Below are positions 53,826 through 63,598 of a DNA stretch of 64,000 bases, one piece after another. Each line of letters begins with the position of its first letter. Position 1 is the first letter of the stretch. A program made the position numbers and the translations under genes. The stretch comes from Nitrospirota bacterium. Lineage in GTDB: Bacteria > Nitrospirota > UBA9217. The notes under the pieces were generated by a model. The model had not been told where the DNA came from. It was given only the letters and a program-made list of their open reading frames with translations, and made no database searches. The stretch lies in the NCBI GenBank assembly GCA_963845065.1, contig CAWJQQ010000008.1, positions 1 to 64,000 on the forward strand, written 5' to 3'.

Positions 53826-54245
53826 ATGAATAAGAGTTCGACGATTCTGAAATGGTTATTATTTGCTGGAGCGATCTATTTTTTGGCAGTCTCGATCGCG
53901 CATATGCTTGGGTTTAAGGTCCCGCTGCTCTTTATTTATTACAATGTACCTTCATATGGATACCAGGACAGGATTATTTCCTTTTTGTCTTTTGGCTGGT
54001 CGGTCTTTCTGTTTTCGGCTTCACGTGACCCTATGAAAAATCGTTCGCCAATCAAGGCAATTCTCATCGCGGGACTCGCCGCGGTCTTTGGTTTGCAAAT
54101 GATAAACAGCACCACAGATTTTTCTGTGTTGTCGCCGGCTATTCATCCCAAGATGTTCGAGATGGAGACATTCGGTTTGAGTATTTACGTTGGCGTATTG
54201 ATCTATTTTTATTTTCTCTCAACAAGAGAGAATACGGATCGGTAA
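53826..54245 (+). CDS. Hypothetical membrane protein (about 4 TM)
   Basis: Hydrophobic ORF with YYNVPSYGYQDRIISF segment. Confidence 0.75.
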   Translation: MNKSSTILKWLLFAGAIYFLAVSIAHMLGFKVPLLFIYYNVPSYGYQDRIISFLSFGWSVFLFSASRDPMKNRSPIKAILIAGLAAVFGLQMINSTTDFSVLSPAIHPKMFEMETFGLSIYVGVLIYFYFLSTRENTDR

Positions 54246-54324
54246 TCAGTACATCCTGTATCAAACGAATTTCCATTCTTGGCAATTGTGTAATTTACAT
54301 CTAGTTTTCTGCAATCATCTACTC

Positions 54325-54389
54325 GTTCGAGTCCAGCATGGGGAGCCAGAGCCATAAAAGGGCCAATTTCTCAGGAAATTGGCCCTTTT
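54325..54389 (+). other. tRNA 3'-end-like fragment followed by strong hairpin
   Basis: GTTCGAGTCCAGCATGGGAGCCA resembles a T-loop plus acceptor end (tRNA-Asn-like); hairpin AAAAGGGCCAATTTC-TCAG-GAAATTGGCCCTTTT at 54356-54389. Confidence 0.45.
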
Positions 54390-55720
54390 ACATTTCATAC
54401 TTGATTAATAATCATATTACACAGCTCTCTGAGAGGCACTCACGCGATCTGCAAATGTTTATTTCTAATTGTCAACTCTTTTCGTGACCAGAGCACATGA
54501 CTTTCTGGTACTATGCACTCTGGACAGCGGAGAGGGCTGCAAATTTGTTTTGTAAGTACGCGTCCTTTCATAGAGAGCTTCTCCCTCCCCGGCCAAAGGA
54601 AATACCTAGATTTCTCATTCTAGCCCTCAATGTGCTTGCATTTAGCCCTAGCACTTCTGCAGCCCCCCCGTTCCCATGGACTTTGCCTTTCGTAAGGTCT
54701 AGAACATATTTAATGTGGCGCGCCATTACATCATCTATTAATAGAGATTCATTACCTGAAGGCCCAACAACTGTTTCCTTGGTCTCTTTGTGATGCTGCA
54801 GATTATCAATAAACAGCGGTTCTCCTTCTTTGTTTACTATAAGCGCCCGCTCCACGATGTTTTCAAGCTCCCTTACGTTTCCCGGCCAATCGTACGCCAT
54901 GAGCAGGTCAATTGCCCCAGGTGAGAGGCGGGGAGGTTTTTTTATTCCGAGTTCATTTGATTTACGATCAATAAAATGACGCACAAGGGCCGGGATATCG
55001 GATTTCCTTTCCCGAAGCGGAGGGATCACGATAGGGAATACGTTCAGCCTGAACCAGAGGTCTTCACGGAAGATTCCTTCCCTGACCATGCCTTCAAGAT
55101 TCCGGTGGGTTGCAGCGATGATTCTTATATCAACCTTTACGGGACCTGATCCTCCGACCCGCTCGATCTCTTTGTGTTGCAGCACACGGAGCATTTTCAC
55201 CTGCGCCTGGAGCGTTAACTCCCCTATCTCGTCCAGAAAAACGGTCCCCTTGTCACCACGCTCGAAAATGCCGCGCTTTAAGGAGACAGCGCCCGTGAAC
55301 GCCCCCTTTTCGTGGCCGAACAGTTCGCTGTCTACGAGCGTGTCAGTAATGGCGCCGCAGTTTACTCTGATGAAGGGACCGTCCCGGCGCATTGAACGAT
55401 TATGAATCGCGTTGGCAACTATTTCCTTGCCGACTCCCGTTTCACCGAGCAAAAGTACAGGGCTGCTCAGATGGGCAACCTGCGTCACCTTCTTCATGAC
55501 ATCCTTCAATCCCACTTCACCGCCCGTAAGCCTATCCCCTGAAAGCCGCTTCACCTCTCCTTGAAGGTGGTGGTTATCATCAGCAAGCCTGTTGTAATCT
55601 TCAACAATATGGTCTAATGATGAGCTAAAGTAAAATACCTCAAAAACCGGGATACAACAATGTTGAAGCAACAATGTTAGGCCGGAGACAGCCGAAAAAC
55701 TCAACAGTATTTTACCCCGG

Positions 55721-55945
55721 TCAGTAGTGGCCAGTCCTCCCGTGAGTCAGTCCGTGACGATCGAGGATCCTGTTAATGGAGCGCAGGGAGGGAAGCGGCT
55801 CCACGCAGAGTTGCTCCAATTCTTCACGAATGGCCTTGTCGCCGCACGGGAGTCCCCGGTTGTAGAGATACAATCTAACCAGCTTTACTATCTTCTCGAT
55901 TTTTTCCCTTTGCCGTCGATGCCGACAGGCTTCGCCTGCGGACAT
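55721..55945 (-). CDS. Small HTH-like protein inside transposon
   Basis: CGDKAIREEL..PLPSLRSINRILDRHGL resembles a transposase-type HTH; starts right after the ATPase stop. Confidence 0.65.
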   Translation of the reverse strand: MSAGEACRHRRQREKIEKIVKLVRLYLYNRGLPCGDKAIREELEQLCVEPLPSLRSINRILDRHGLTHGRTGHY

Positions 55946-55947
55946 CG

Positions 55948-56742
55948 CTACAACTCCTGTGTAGCCCGGTAGATATCCTCTTCGCTCAGCGTTTCTTTTT
56001 TTTCGATGGCGCCGATAGTCATGGCCTTGACGCAGAGGGAGTTGATGACCCGTGGAATGCCGGTGGAGTTTTGATGGACGGCGGCCAGGGCGCTTTGATT
56101 GAACAACGGGTCCTTGCGTCCCGCGAGGGCCAGGTGATGCCGGACATAGGCGGACGTTTCTTCCTGGGTAAACGGCGGGAGGTGATATTTGAGGGTTATC
56201 CTCTGGTTAAAGGGCTGATGGATGGGACGCAGGAGTCTTTCCCGAAGGTGTTGTTGACCGAGCAGGATAAAGAGGGCGGGGTCTGAGGAATCCATTGCGA
56301 AGTTGGCGATGATCTGCAGTTCATAGAAGTTTTCATTGATTAGAAAGTGCGCTTCATCGAAGATGATGACTGGGATTTTTTTCTGGTTTTGAACATGGTC
56401 CTTGATCGAGTCCTGAATGGAAGCGAAGAGTTGAGACTTTCTATAGAGCGGTTCTCCTCCCAGAAGCACGCAGAGTTGTCTGTAGAAGTCGATCATATTG
56501 ACGGTAGAGAGAGGCATGTAGACCACTTTGTAGAGATTGGGATTGAGCGCGTCGGAGAAGGCTCTTACGTGAAGGGTCTTGCCTGTGCCGGGCGTTCCGG
56601 TTATCAGCATGAAGCCCCGGGTCTGCTTCATGTGTTCAAGCCGTCTTGACAGTTCCCTCGAAGAGTCATAGACGAAGATATCCTTTGGGTTAATATCTTT
56701 CCGGAACGGCGTGTTTTTCAGGTTATAATAAGCCTCGATCAT
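55948..56742 (-). CDS. ExeA-family AAA+ ATPase (transposition helper)
   Basis: GTPGTGKT Walker A, IIFDEAH Walker B, STGIPRVINSLC. Confidence 0.92.
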   Translation of the reverse strand: MIEAYYNLKNTPFRKDINPKDIFVYDSSRELSRRLEHMKQTRGFMLITGTPGTGKTLHVRAFSDALNPNLYKVVYMPLSTVNMIDFYRQLCVLLGGEPLYRKSQLFASIQDSIKDHVQNQKKIPVIIFDEAHFLINENFYELQIIANFAMDSSDPALFILLGQQHLRERLLRPIHQPFNQRITLKYHLPPFTQEETSAYVRHHLALAGRKDPLFNQSALAAVHQNSTGIPRVINSLCVKAMTIGAIEKKETLSEEDIYRATQEL

Positions 56743-57986
56743 GGTTTATCCTCCTCATTCGTGAACCTGATTCCCCGGTGAGGGGAATCGGCGTTTTCAT
56801 TGGCATTGAGTTTTCTAAGAGCCGCTACGGGTTGATCCTCCTCATAGATCGAGAGGTTATCCGGCTTGTCGGAGGGATATCTGATCTCTATTTTTTTGCC
56901 CATAAACCGTGTCGGGCACTCATAGAAGACGCCCGAAATTTTCACCGTAGCGTCGTTTTTCACGACTCTATGGAGCGTGATCATGAAAGCCCTGTCGAGT
57001 TCTTCTTCAGGGACTTTTTTAATGGCGGTAGTCTTGAGAGAATTCATCATCCTGTCCAGAGGGGTCTCGCCTATGCCGTGATGGAACTGCCTGTGGTAGT
57101 CCTGGTCGAGCCAGCGGCGGAAGAGGTCGTTCAGATGGTCGAGGTCCTCTATCTGGTCCGGATCGATGAGGGAGAGGAACTTCTGCCGGACGGTCCTGTG
57201 GTAACGTTCAATTTTACCGCGAGATGGGCTGTCATAAGGCCGTGAATGGATCAACGCGATGCCGAGTCTCGCGCAGGCCAGTTGCAGATGCGCGCTGACG
57301 AAGATGCTGCCGTTGTCGCAATAGACGGCCTGAGGAAGCCCGAAGCGCCTGATGCCTTCCTTCAGAATGAGTTCGAGGCAGAGGGAGTTTTCCTGGAAGA
57401 AGAACCTGGCGCCGGTAATGACCCGTGAGTGGTCGTCAATCGCCGATATGAGAAACACCTTGTGTTTTTTCTTTCCGTACCGGATGAGCGGACCGTACAT
57501 GGTGTCGGCAATCCAGAGATCGTTCACCTGGTCATGCTCGAACTTCTTCCTGGGTTCAGGCGATGCCGTCTTGCGCAGTCCGTTATCCCCGACGTATTTT
57601 CTGAGCGTTCCCTCGTTGAACTGGCCCAGCCTGATTTCTCCCTCGGCGATCATCAACCGGTAAAGGGCGGCAGAGGAGAGACCGGAATACCTGGCGAGAT
57701 ACTTCCGGATCGCCTCGCCCGTCGCCGGGTTGATCTTCCTTGGGGTCCCCTTGTCCTCCCTCTCTTTGGGCAAAAGCGAGTCGAAGCCTTTCCCCCGGTA
57801 CCGCTTAAGCCATTTTTTCAGGGTGTCGGCCCTGAACCTCCTTCTGCCGATATGGGGCACTTCGTGCTCTTTACCGGCCACCTCCCTGAAATACTTGCTC
57901 TGCACATCCACCTGCTGCAAAAGCACGGGAGCAATGAGCGCATACTTGAAAAGAGCGATGTCGGTCCGTCTTTTAACATCATCCAT
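56739..57986 (-). CDS. DDE integrase/transposase with Mu-like C-terminal domain
   Basis: WIADTMYG, IDDHSR, YCDNGS, SRGKIERYHRTV. Confidence 0.95.
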   Translation of the reverse strand: MDDVKRRTDIALFKYALIAPVLLQQVDVQSKYFREVAGKEHEVPHIGRRRFRADTLKKWLKRYRGKGFDSLLPKEREDKGTPRKINPATGEAIRKYLARYSGLSSAALYRLMIAEGEIRLGQFNEGTLRKYVGDNGLRKTASPEPRKKFEHDQVNDLWIADTMYGPLIRYGKKKHKVFLISAIDDHSRVITGARFFFQENSLCLELILKEGIRRFGLPQAVYCDNGSIFVSAHLQLACARLGIALIHSRPYDSPSRGKIERYHRTVRQKFLSLIDPDQIEDLDHLNDLFRRWLDQDYHRQFHHGIGETPLDRMMNSLKTTAIKKVPEEELDRAFMITLHRVVKNDATVKISGVFYECPTRFMGKKIEIRYPSDKPDNLSIYEEDQPVAALRKLNANENADSPHRGIRFTNEEDKP

Positions 57987-58242
57987 AGAGAGCCCTCCTT
58001 TGAATTTTTGAGGAGCTTACTTCATTGCCAGCCTGCAGGATATACGACGGACTGTAAAAAGAGGGGGTCTTGGCCTATAGAGCGGGCGGAGGGTATAAAA
58101 AAATCGAGATTGAGAGCAGAGGGGCTTCCGAGCCGGACGGAAAACCGGCTCTTCAAGACGAAAGATGCGGAGAAACGGCTCTTGCGGGGAGCGCGGACGG
58201 ACCCAACTGCTCTTCCGGCGCGCAGATATCCCGTCAAACCGC

Positions 58243-58965
58243 TTATCTGAACTGTGAAGGGGTGCCGAAAAGGAAATAGCCATTTCTAAAATGGCCACCG
58301 TTTAACAGGTAATAGTCATAGCCCAGGGCGCAGGGCCCGCGGATTGGTTGACCGGTCTTGTGGCAGGCAAAGTTTTCCGCAAAGACAAGAAACACCTTTA
58401 TCCGCTGTCTCCCGAAGGGGCTTTGAAGGGCGGACTCCGCCTCTTTATAAAAACCCACGACCGACATCTTGTTTATACAGGCAAGGATAAAGGCCTTAAA
58501 ACCCTGGAATGTGCTTGTGCTTATGTCTATATACTCCGCTGTTTCCAACCCGGCCAGATAATCCAAAAGCTCCTTTACCGAGTTATCCTCCCCGAAAACC
58601 TTCTTGAGACAGCTGATGATAAACGGGATCGAATACTTCGTATAGGGCACAAGCTGGTAGGGGAGAAGCGAAAAAGTCCGGTGTTTTATCGAAAGCGCAG
58701 ACCCCTTTCGATTGCATAAATATCGCGCTATGGGGAAGGCCTTGTAATAGGTGCCCTTTTCATTAATAACGCTTCGATAATAATAGCCGATGAACTGCGC
58801 ACACTCCTTGCCCCCGCACAACGGACACTGCGCTCCAAAGTCATAGGGCAGATCGAGAAACGCCGCGACGTCCTCGCATTTTCCGTTGACTTGACTGTAA
58901 TAGCTGTTTAAGGTATAACCTATTAGAGTAAGTATCTGGATGTGGTCGGCAGCGCGCCGCTCCAT
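58243..58965 (-). CDS. Transposon accessory Zn-finger protein (DUF6431-like)
   Basis: CPLCG..GYYYR..IARYLC..TFSLLPYQLVPYTKYS; start uncertain. Confidence 0.7.
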   Translation of the reverse strand: MERRAADHIQILTLIGYTLNSYYSQVNGKCEDVAAFLDLPYDFGAQCPLCGGKECAQFIGYYYRSVINEKGTYYKAFPIARYLCNRKGSALSIKHRTFSLLPYQLVPYTKYSIPFIISCLKKVFGEDNSVKELLDYLAGLETAEYIDISTSTFQGFKAFILACINKMSVVGFYKEAESALQSPFGRQRIKVFLVFAENFACHKTGQPIRGPCALGYDYYLLNGGHFRNGYFLFGTPSQFR

Positions 58966-59802
58966 ACGGCGTCTGCCGACAATTATTCTACATCATCGGG
59001 ATACCACATTGACAATCTTTTACATCGCCATTCTTCTACCCCACCCTCCCAAAACAGGCTACGGCATTTCTAACGATTACTGCCCCTTCTTACATTAATA
59101 TTGTTGAGGATAACACCTGTCCGTTAGCGTGAGTACTTCCTCATGCCTCAAGGCATTGGACATTGCGATAGCAAAAGGCTCTTTCAATAAGGAGACGAGT
59201 CGAGCATGTTCCTCGGTATGTGCAGTATCTCCAGACGTGCAGATGACGAGAGAGCCTATTCCCTGGCTCTCCAGAATCAGCGGCATCATAATGCAGGATG
59301 TGGCGGGTTTTTTTTGAAACTGCTGACTGAAAATATCTGACACAAGAGGGAAAAAAGGATCGGCATGCGAACGGAGAAATATTTTTACGTTTCCACTATG
59401 AAAGTTTTTCTCAATGAATTCCTGGGCCGCCGGGGACATAGGGGTAAGTATGTCTACTGCTTTACTTTCCTCTTTTGTTGCAATGACAATCATCCTTACC
59501 GACGCCAGATCGGCCTGATAAAGAGAAAGACTCATCCAATCGACTGGCATCACAAGAGAAAAGTACGAGAGGCATCGTCCAACTGCTTTTGAAATGTCGA
59601 GGGTGCTCAGTATCTGGAAGGATGCCTGTCTGAAAAATTCATTTTCGTCCATTCAATATCTCCTCAGAAACCATCAAAATACATTTTTATCAAATATGAC
59701 TATTTTAGCCTATTATTGCCAAATATAGCAATAAAAATGTGACATATGACACTCATGATATTCCATCTTATACATCTCATTGAAAATACGGTTTTTTATG
59801 TC

Positions 59803-59818
59803 TGGCACGATAATGGCA
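59803..59818 (+). promoter_or_regulatory. Sigma-54 promoter, divergent from the activator gene
   Basis: TGGCACGATAATGGCA = consensus -24 TGGCACG with GG-N10-GC spacing; candidate activator sites ATCAAATATGAC, GCCAAATATAGC, GTGACATATGAC at 59688-59752. Confidence 0.72.
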
Positions 59819-60303
59819 ATAGAGAGATGCAGAATGCAGGGGAGTTACTGGTTGAGAAAGAATTGATTAGTATGAGTGCCACGATGCAGTGCATATTTTG
59901 TGATAGTGTGATTCCTGTTATGGGCGGTGGTATGAGCATATCATGGAACACCTTAGGTCAGAAGCGGAGATTACAATCTCAAAGGTTTATTGGAACCTTG
60001 TGCATAAGTCCATCATGAAGGTGGAAGCAGATGCGTAAAGAGGTGTTACTGTCGTATAGAAAAGGCCAGTATAGAAAAAAGATAATTTTTTTTTCCTTAA
60101 TAGTGAATAAATACAGACTAACCATAAACGGAAAGGATGTGTTAAGCCCCGTGGAGGGGCCTGCAGGCAGCAAAACATCAGTACGACCGGGCGAAGCCCG
60201 GACATCATAAGGAAATATGAGATACCGGGTGTAAAGACGAATCGTTTCAGCAGTAGGACGTTGCATTAAGATCTAAACCTACAAAAAAGAAAAGGAGAAT
60301 AAA

Positions 60304-60618
60304 ATGAAAAAGACAATGGTATTTGTAATGATGATCGTGAGTGTAATTGCTTTTGGATCGGCTTTTGCGGTAGAGAACGCGGCTGCGCAGGAAAATAACG
60401 GAATGGCCTATAATGGCATCACCTACTTCGATTTCGGACCTGCTTCAACATATGTAGAAGTGGCAGCAGCCGGCAAAGGAACCGCAATATTGTCATATAA
60501 CGGGATCACATATATTGACCAGGAACAGCCTGTATCCGAGGCGAAAGGCTTTGCTGCCGGAGGATCGCAGCTGGGCAGATCGATGAATAAATTTTACAAC
60601 GGCATCACAGTATTTTAA
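60304..60618 (+). CDS. Small exported protein with three YNGITx(F/I) repeats
   Basis: AAGGAG RBS, signal peptide ending SAFA, YNGITYF / YNGITYI / YNGITVF, GFAAGG. Confidence 0.88.
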   Translation: MKKTMVFVMMIVSVIAFGSAFAVENAAAQENNGMAYNGITYFDFGPASTYVEVAAAGKGTAILSYNGITYIDQEQPVSEAKGFAAGGSQLGRSMNKFYNGITVF

Positions 60619-60732
60619 GGACGAACACCGATATCTCAGAGTAAGAAACACAATGCTGGAAACTCCCTCACAAAAGCTGTGATGGGATCAAATTAAGATA
60701 TGGTAGAGACATAAAGAAAGGAGGTGACATGT

Positions 60733-61032
60733 ATGAAAAAGATTTTAATTGTTCTGGGCGTCCTAGTTATTGCTCTTACCTTGGGAACTGCTTATGCTGG
60801 CAGCAAAGATATGAGCGCTGGTGAGTATAATGGTGTTACGGCATTTGAAAAGGTTCCTATTGCATCACATGATCTTTCGCCTGGCCTCACCCTGGAGAAC
60901 GGTATTACCGCGTTTGAAGTTCTCCCCATGAAAGCGTGGGAAGAAGGTGTAGCGGCGGGCGGCGGGCGTACAATGGAACCGACCAGAGAATTTCAAAATG
61001 GAATTACCTATTTTGGTGCCCCAGCAGAGTAA
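60733..61032 (+). CDS. Small exported protein with three xNG(I/V)TxF repeats (paralog)
   Basis: AGGAGGTG RBS, signal peptide ending TAYA, YNGVTAF / ENGITAF / QNGITYF, GVAAGG. Confidence 0.88.
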   Translation: MKKILIVLGVLVIALTLGTAYAGSKDMSAGEYNGVTAFEKVPIASHDLSPGLTLENGITAFEVLPMKAWEEGVAAGGGRTMEPTREFQNGITYFGAPAE

Positions 61033-61113
61033 CAATGGTCGCGAGACAAGGGTAAACAAAGCGATACCATTCTAAAGGGTTCGCAAAAACAGTTTGGTGT
61101 ATCAACTGACAAG

Positions 61114-61145
61114 AAAGCAGGCTGAAAATCGACCTGCTTTTTTTG
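61114..61145 (+). terminator. Intrinsic terminator after the repeat-protein pair
   Basis: AAAGCAGG...CCTGCTTT followed by T run. Confidence 0.7.
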
Positions 61146-61165
61146 TTTTCGGCTATCGCATGTAA

Positions 61166-61879
61166 TTTCATCAGGTCAATTATTCGACAGCGCCTGTGAT
61201 TGATGCGAAAAACCTTATTATCTGAACAGTAGCATTTTTCTTCGACATAACCGAAAAAAAGAAACTGGAAGCCGCGCTCAAGGCCAGCCTGGAAAAGATG
61301 AACAGAGTGGTAGACGAAACGGTTAAGGCCTTGGCTTCGGCAGTAGAGACAAGGGATCTCTATACGGCGAGCCATCAACGGCGGGTGGCCTCCCTGGCAT
61401 GTGCTATCGCCGAGGAAATGGGAGGAATTGAAGATGATCAGATGAAAGGCATCAGAACCGCCGCTGTTCTTCATGATATCGGGAAACTGCGTGTCCCTTT
61501 CGAACTGTTGAGCAATCCTGGGCAGTTTAAAGATATCGAATTCGTGCTGATAAAAAGCCATCCGCAAGCTGGTTATGATATTTTGAAGGAAATCGAGTTC
61601 CCCGGCCTGTTGCTCGGATTGTTCAACAACACAATGAACATCTGAACGGAAGGGGGTATCCGGCTGCCTGAAAGGAGACAGTATACTTCTGGAGGCGCAT
61701 ATGATAGGGATTACTGATGTCGTTGAGGCGATGTCGTCTCACCGCCCTTATCGCCTAGCCAAGGGAATAAATGCTGCATTGCAGGAAATCAGCCGGGCAC
61801 GGGGAGTTTTCATGATCCTGAGGCAGTCGATGCCTGTCTAACATTATTCAAGAAAGGGTTTGTACTATCAGGTGAATGA
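61166..61879 (+). pseudogene. PAS/HD-GYP phosphodiesterase remnant
   Basis: FDITEKK PAS end, RDLYTASHQRRV, LHDIGK, HPQAGY, then frameshifted QHNEHLNGRGYP and DVVEAMSSHRPY; 5' end missing. Confidence 0.88.
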
Positions 61880-62143
61880 AAGAATCGATCTTTCCTCTTC
61901 GACACCGCCTTCGATATAGGCGAAATGATCCTGTGGAAAAGCGAGACATCGGGATTATCAATATAGTCACCGATCTCTGATTCTTGGAAGCATAAAGGTG
62001 CCAAACTACAAACTTATGGTATTATATACTTGACTCCCAAGAAAAAGCCAAAGGTTTCTCGTGAAGAGCAGGGACGAAAATCTGCCAGCAAGAAAAACAT
62101 GTAATTGCCGAGAGGAAGGTTCACTGTGACAGAAAGAATCACT

Positions 62144-62476
62144 ATGACCGAGCCATTGCCAACAACCGCCGTCGTCCGCGTCTCGCGCGCCAGCTTCGAC
62201 CCAAGCCGGTTCGCCGAGGTCGACGCCATGAGCAAAAAGACCTCGGAGTACATAATCCCGGCCATCAGGCGGCTGTCGGGGCTCATTCACTTTTATGCGG
62301 GCGTCTCGCCAAAGGGATCGATCGTGCAAGTTAGTGTCTGGGACTCGGACGAGCATGCGGGGCAGCTGGACCGGCTGAAGGAGATGGTCGTCGACGGGCG
62401 CAGGGATATGGAGGCGGTCGGCGTGACATTCACCCCGATTGTTAACTACCCGATCGACTGGACCTGGATCGTCTGA
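62144..62476 (+). CDS. Hypothetical protein, possibly ABM-like barrel
   Basis: GC-rich ORF; IPAIRRLSGLIHFYAG..VSVWDSDEHA pattern. Confidence 0.65.
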   Translation: MTEPLPTTAVVRVSRASFDPSRFAEVDAMSKKTSEYIIPAIRRLSGLIHFYAGVSPKGSIVQVSVWDSDEHAGQLDRLKEMVVDGRRDMEAVGVTFTPIVNYPIDWTWIV

Positions 62477-62672
62477 CCTGATTCGGCAACCCAGGATCAT
62501 GATACAGGCCGCCCTGGCCAGGCGGGATCTCGCCGTGGGGCGGGTGCCAGCGGACACACCCGGCAACGATTATCAAGCAGTTCAGGGCAATGCTAGATAG
62601 GTTTTGAAAGAGGTCTAGTATTAGAAGCGCTAGGGAGTTAAGTACATAATTCCCAAACTTATGGGTATAGTC

Positions 62673-62920
62673 TCATATGTAATTTTCAACCAGTAGTCTG
62701 CATAGAAATTTTGTCAACACGGCTGCAAGCTTGTAGGTGCAGCTCACAGAGATTTTAATTTCCTTGAGGTGAAGAATATCGTTTATAACTTTTAGTAAAT
62801 TGTACATCCTCAAGCTGATGAAATTATTTTTGGAATACTATATTCCCCCCGTTAAAACTGTTAACGTCTGCTCATCCATTCGCAGCAGTTGACACAGAAC
62901 TTAATCAGGGATATATTCGC
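62673..62920 (+). repeat. Dispersed non-coding repeat, copy B, ending in a sigma-70-like promoter
   Basis: Matches copy A at the 5' end and copy C at the 3' end; TTGACA(62889)-N17-TATATT. Confidence 0.85.
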
Positions 62921-63016
62921 TTAGATTGCATCAAATCGACCTGTCATAATCTTCATTGATTTTAGTCTCACGTTTGTGGTTCCACGGCTGATGCCGACGT
63001 TCTGCAAGAGTAGACT

Positions 63017-63547
63017 ATGAGAATCGAAACTGATATTAATAAAATAGAGCAATTATCACAACAGCGAAACGATGCAAACTGGGCGTTCCGTACTTTTCTG
63101 AAAGGATCTGCCTTATCGGCTGCGAAGATCGATTCCATAGTACATGATCTCTACAAAGAAGTCTCATCTCAAATTGATTGTACTCAGTGCGGAAACTGTT
63201 GCAAAGTGATTCATCCTATTCTGTTGTCGGGCGATATAAAAAGACTGGCGCGCCAATTCGAATTAACCTCAAAAGAATTTCGGTCTCGTTTTCTGAAGAA
63301 AAATGATAAAGGCGCAGGCTTAATTTTCAATGGACGGCCTTGCCCATTCTTAAAGAACAATCGCTGCCAAGTTTATGAAAACCGACCACGTGATTGCCGT
63401 TCATATCCACATCTTCATAAACGCGAGTTTATCTTCAGGATGTACCAGGTAGTCTCCAACTGCCCCATTTGTCCGATTGTGTTTAATGTTTACGAAGGAC
63501 TTAAACAAACCTTTTGGCCGATAGATAAAAATAATTTAAGAGGATGA
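63017..63547 (+). CDS. YkgJ-family cysteine cluster protein
   Basis: CTQCGNCC, CPFL, CQVYENRPRDCRSYP, CPICP. Confidence 0.9.
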   Translation: MRIETDINKIEQLSQQRNDANWAFRTFLKGSALSAAKIDSIVHDLYKEVSSQIDCTQCGNCCKVIHPILLSGDIKRLARQFELTSKEFRSRFLKKNDKGAGLIFNGRPCPFLKNNRCQVYENRPRDCRSYPHLHKREFIFRMYQVVSNCPICPIVFNVYEGLKQTFWPIDKNNLRG

Positions 63548-63598
63548 TGTTCATGGTAGCCATAACACGGGATCAAACAACTTCCGCGAGAGTTTGCG

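Larger units (their letters stand above)
55593..59115 (-). mobile_element. 3523 bp DDE transposon (Mu/IS481-type transposase plus ExeA-like ATPase)
   Basis: Terminal IRs TGTAATCTTCAACAATAT / TGTTATCCTCAACAATAT (16/18), direct repeat CCTGT at 55588-55592 and 59116-59120, four co-oriented ORFs. Confidence 0.95.
54568..59652 (-). pseudogene. GAF-AAA-HTH sigma-54 transcriptional activator interrupted by transposon
   Basis: 5' part 59652-59116 (GAF) and 3' part 55587-54568 (GETGVGKE, GAFTGA, WPGNVREL, HTH) rejoin in frame as LTLTDR-LADDNHHLQ, 518 aa. Confidence 0.95.

Noticed and set aside
55593..55704. N-terminus of ORF 54568..55704
   Set aside because: Derived from the transposon end; the true 5' part is at 59652-59116
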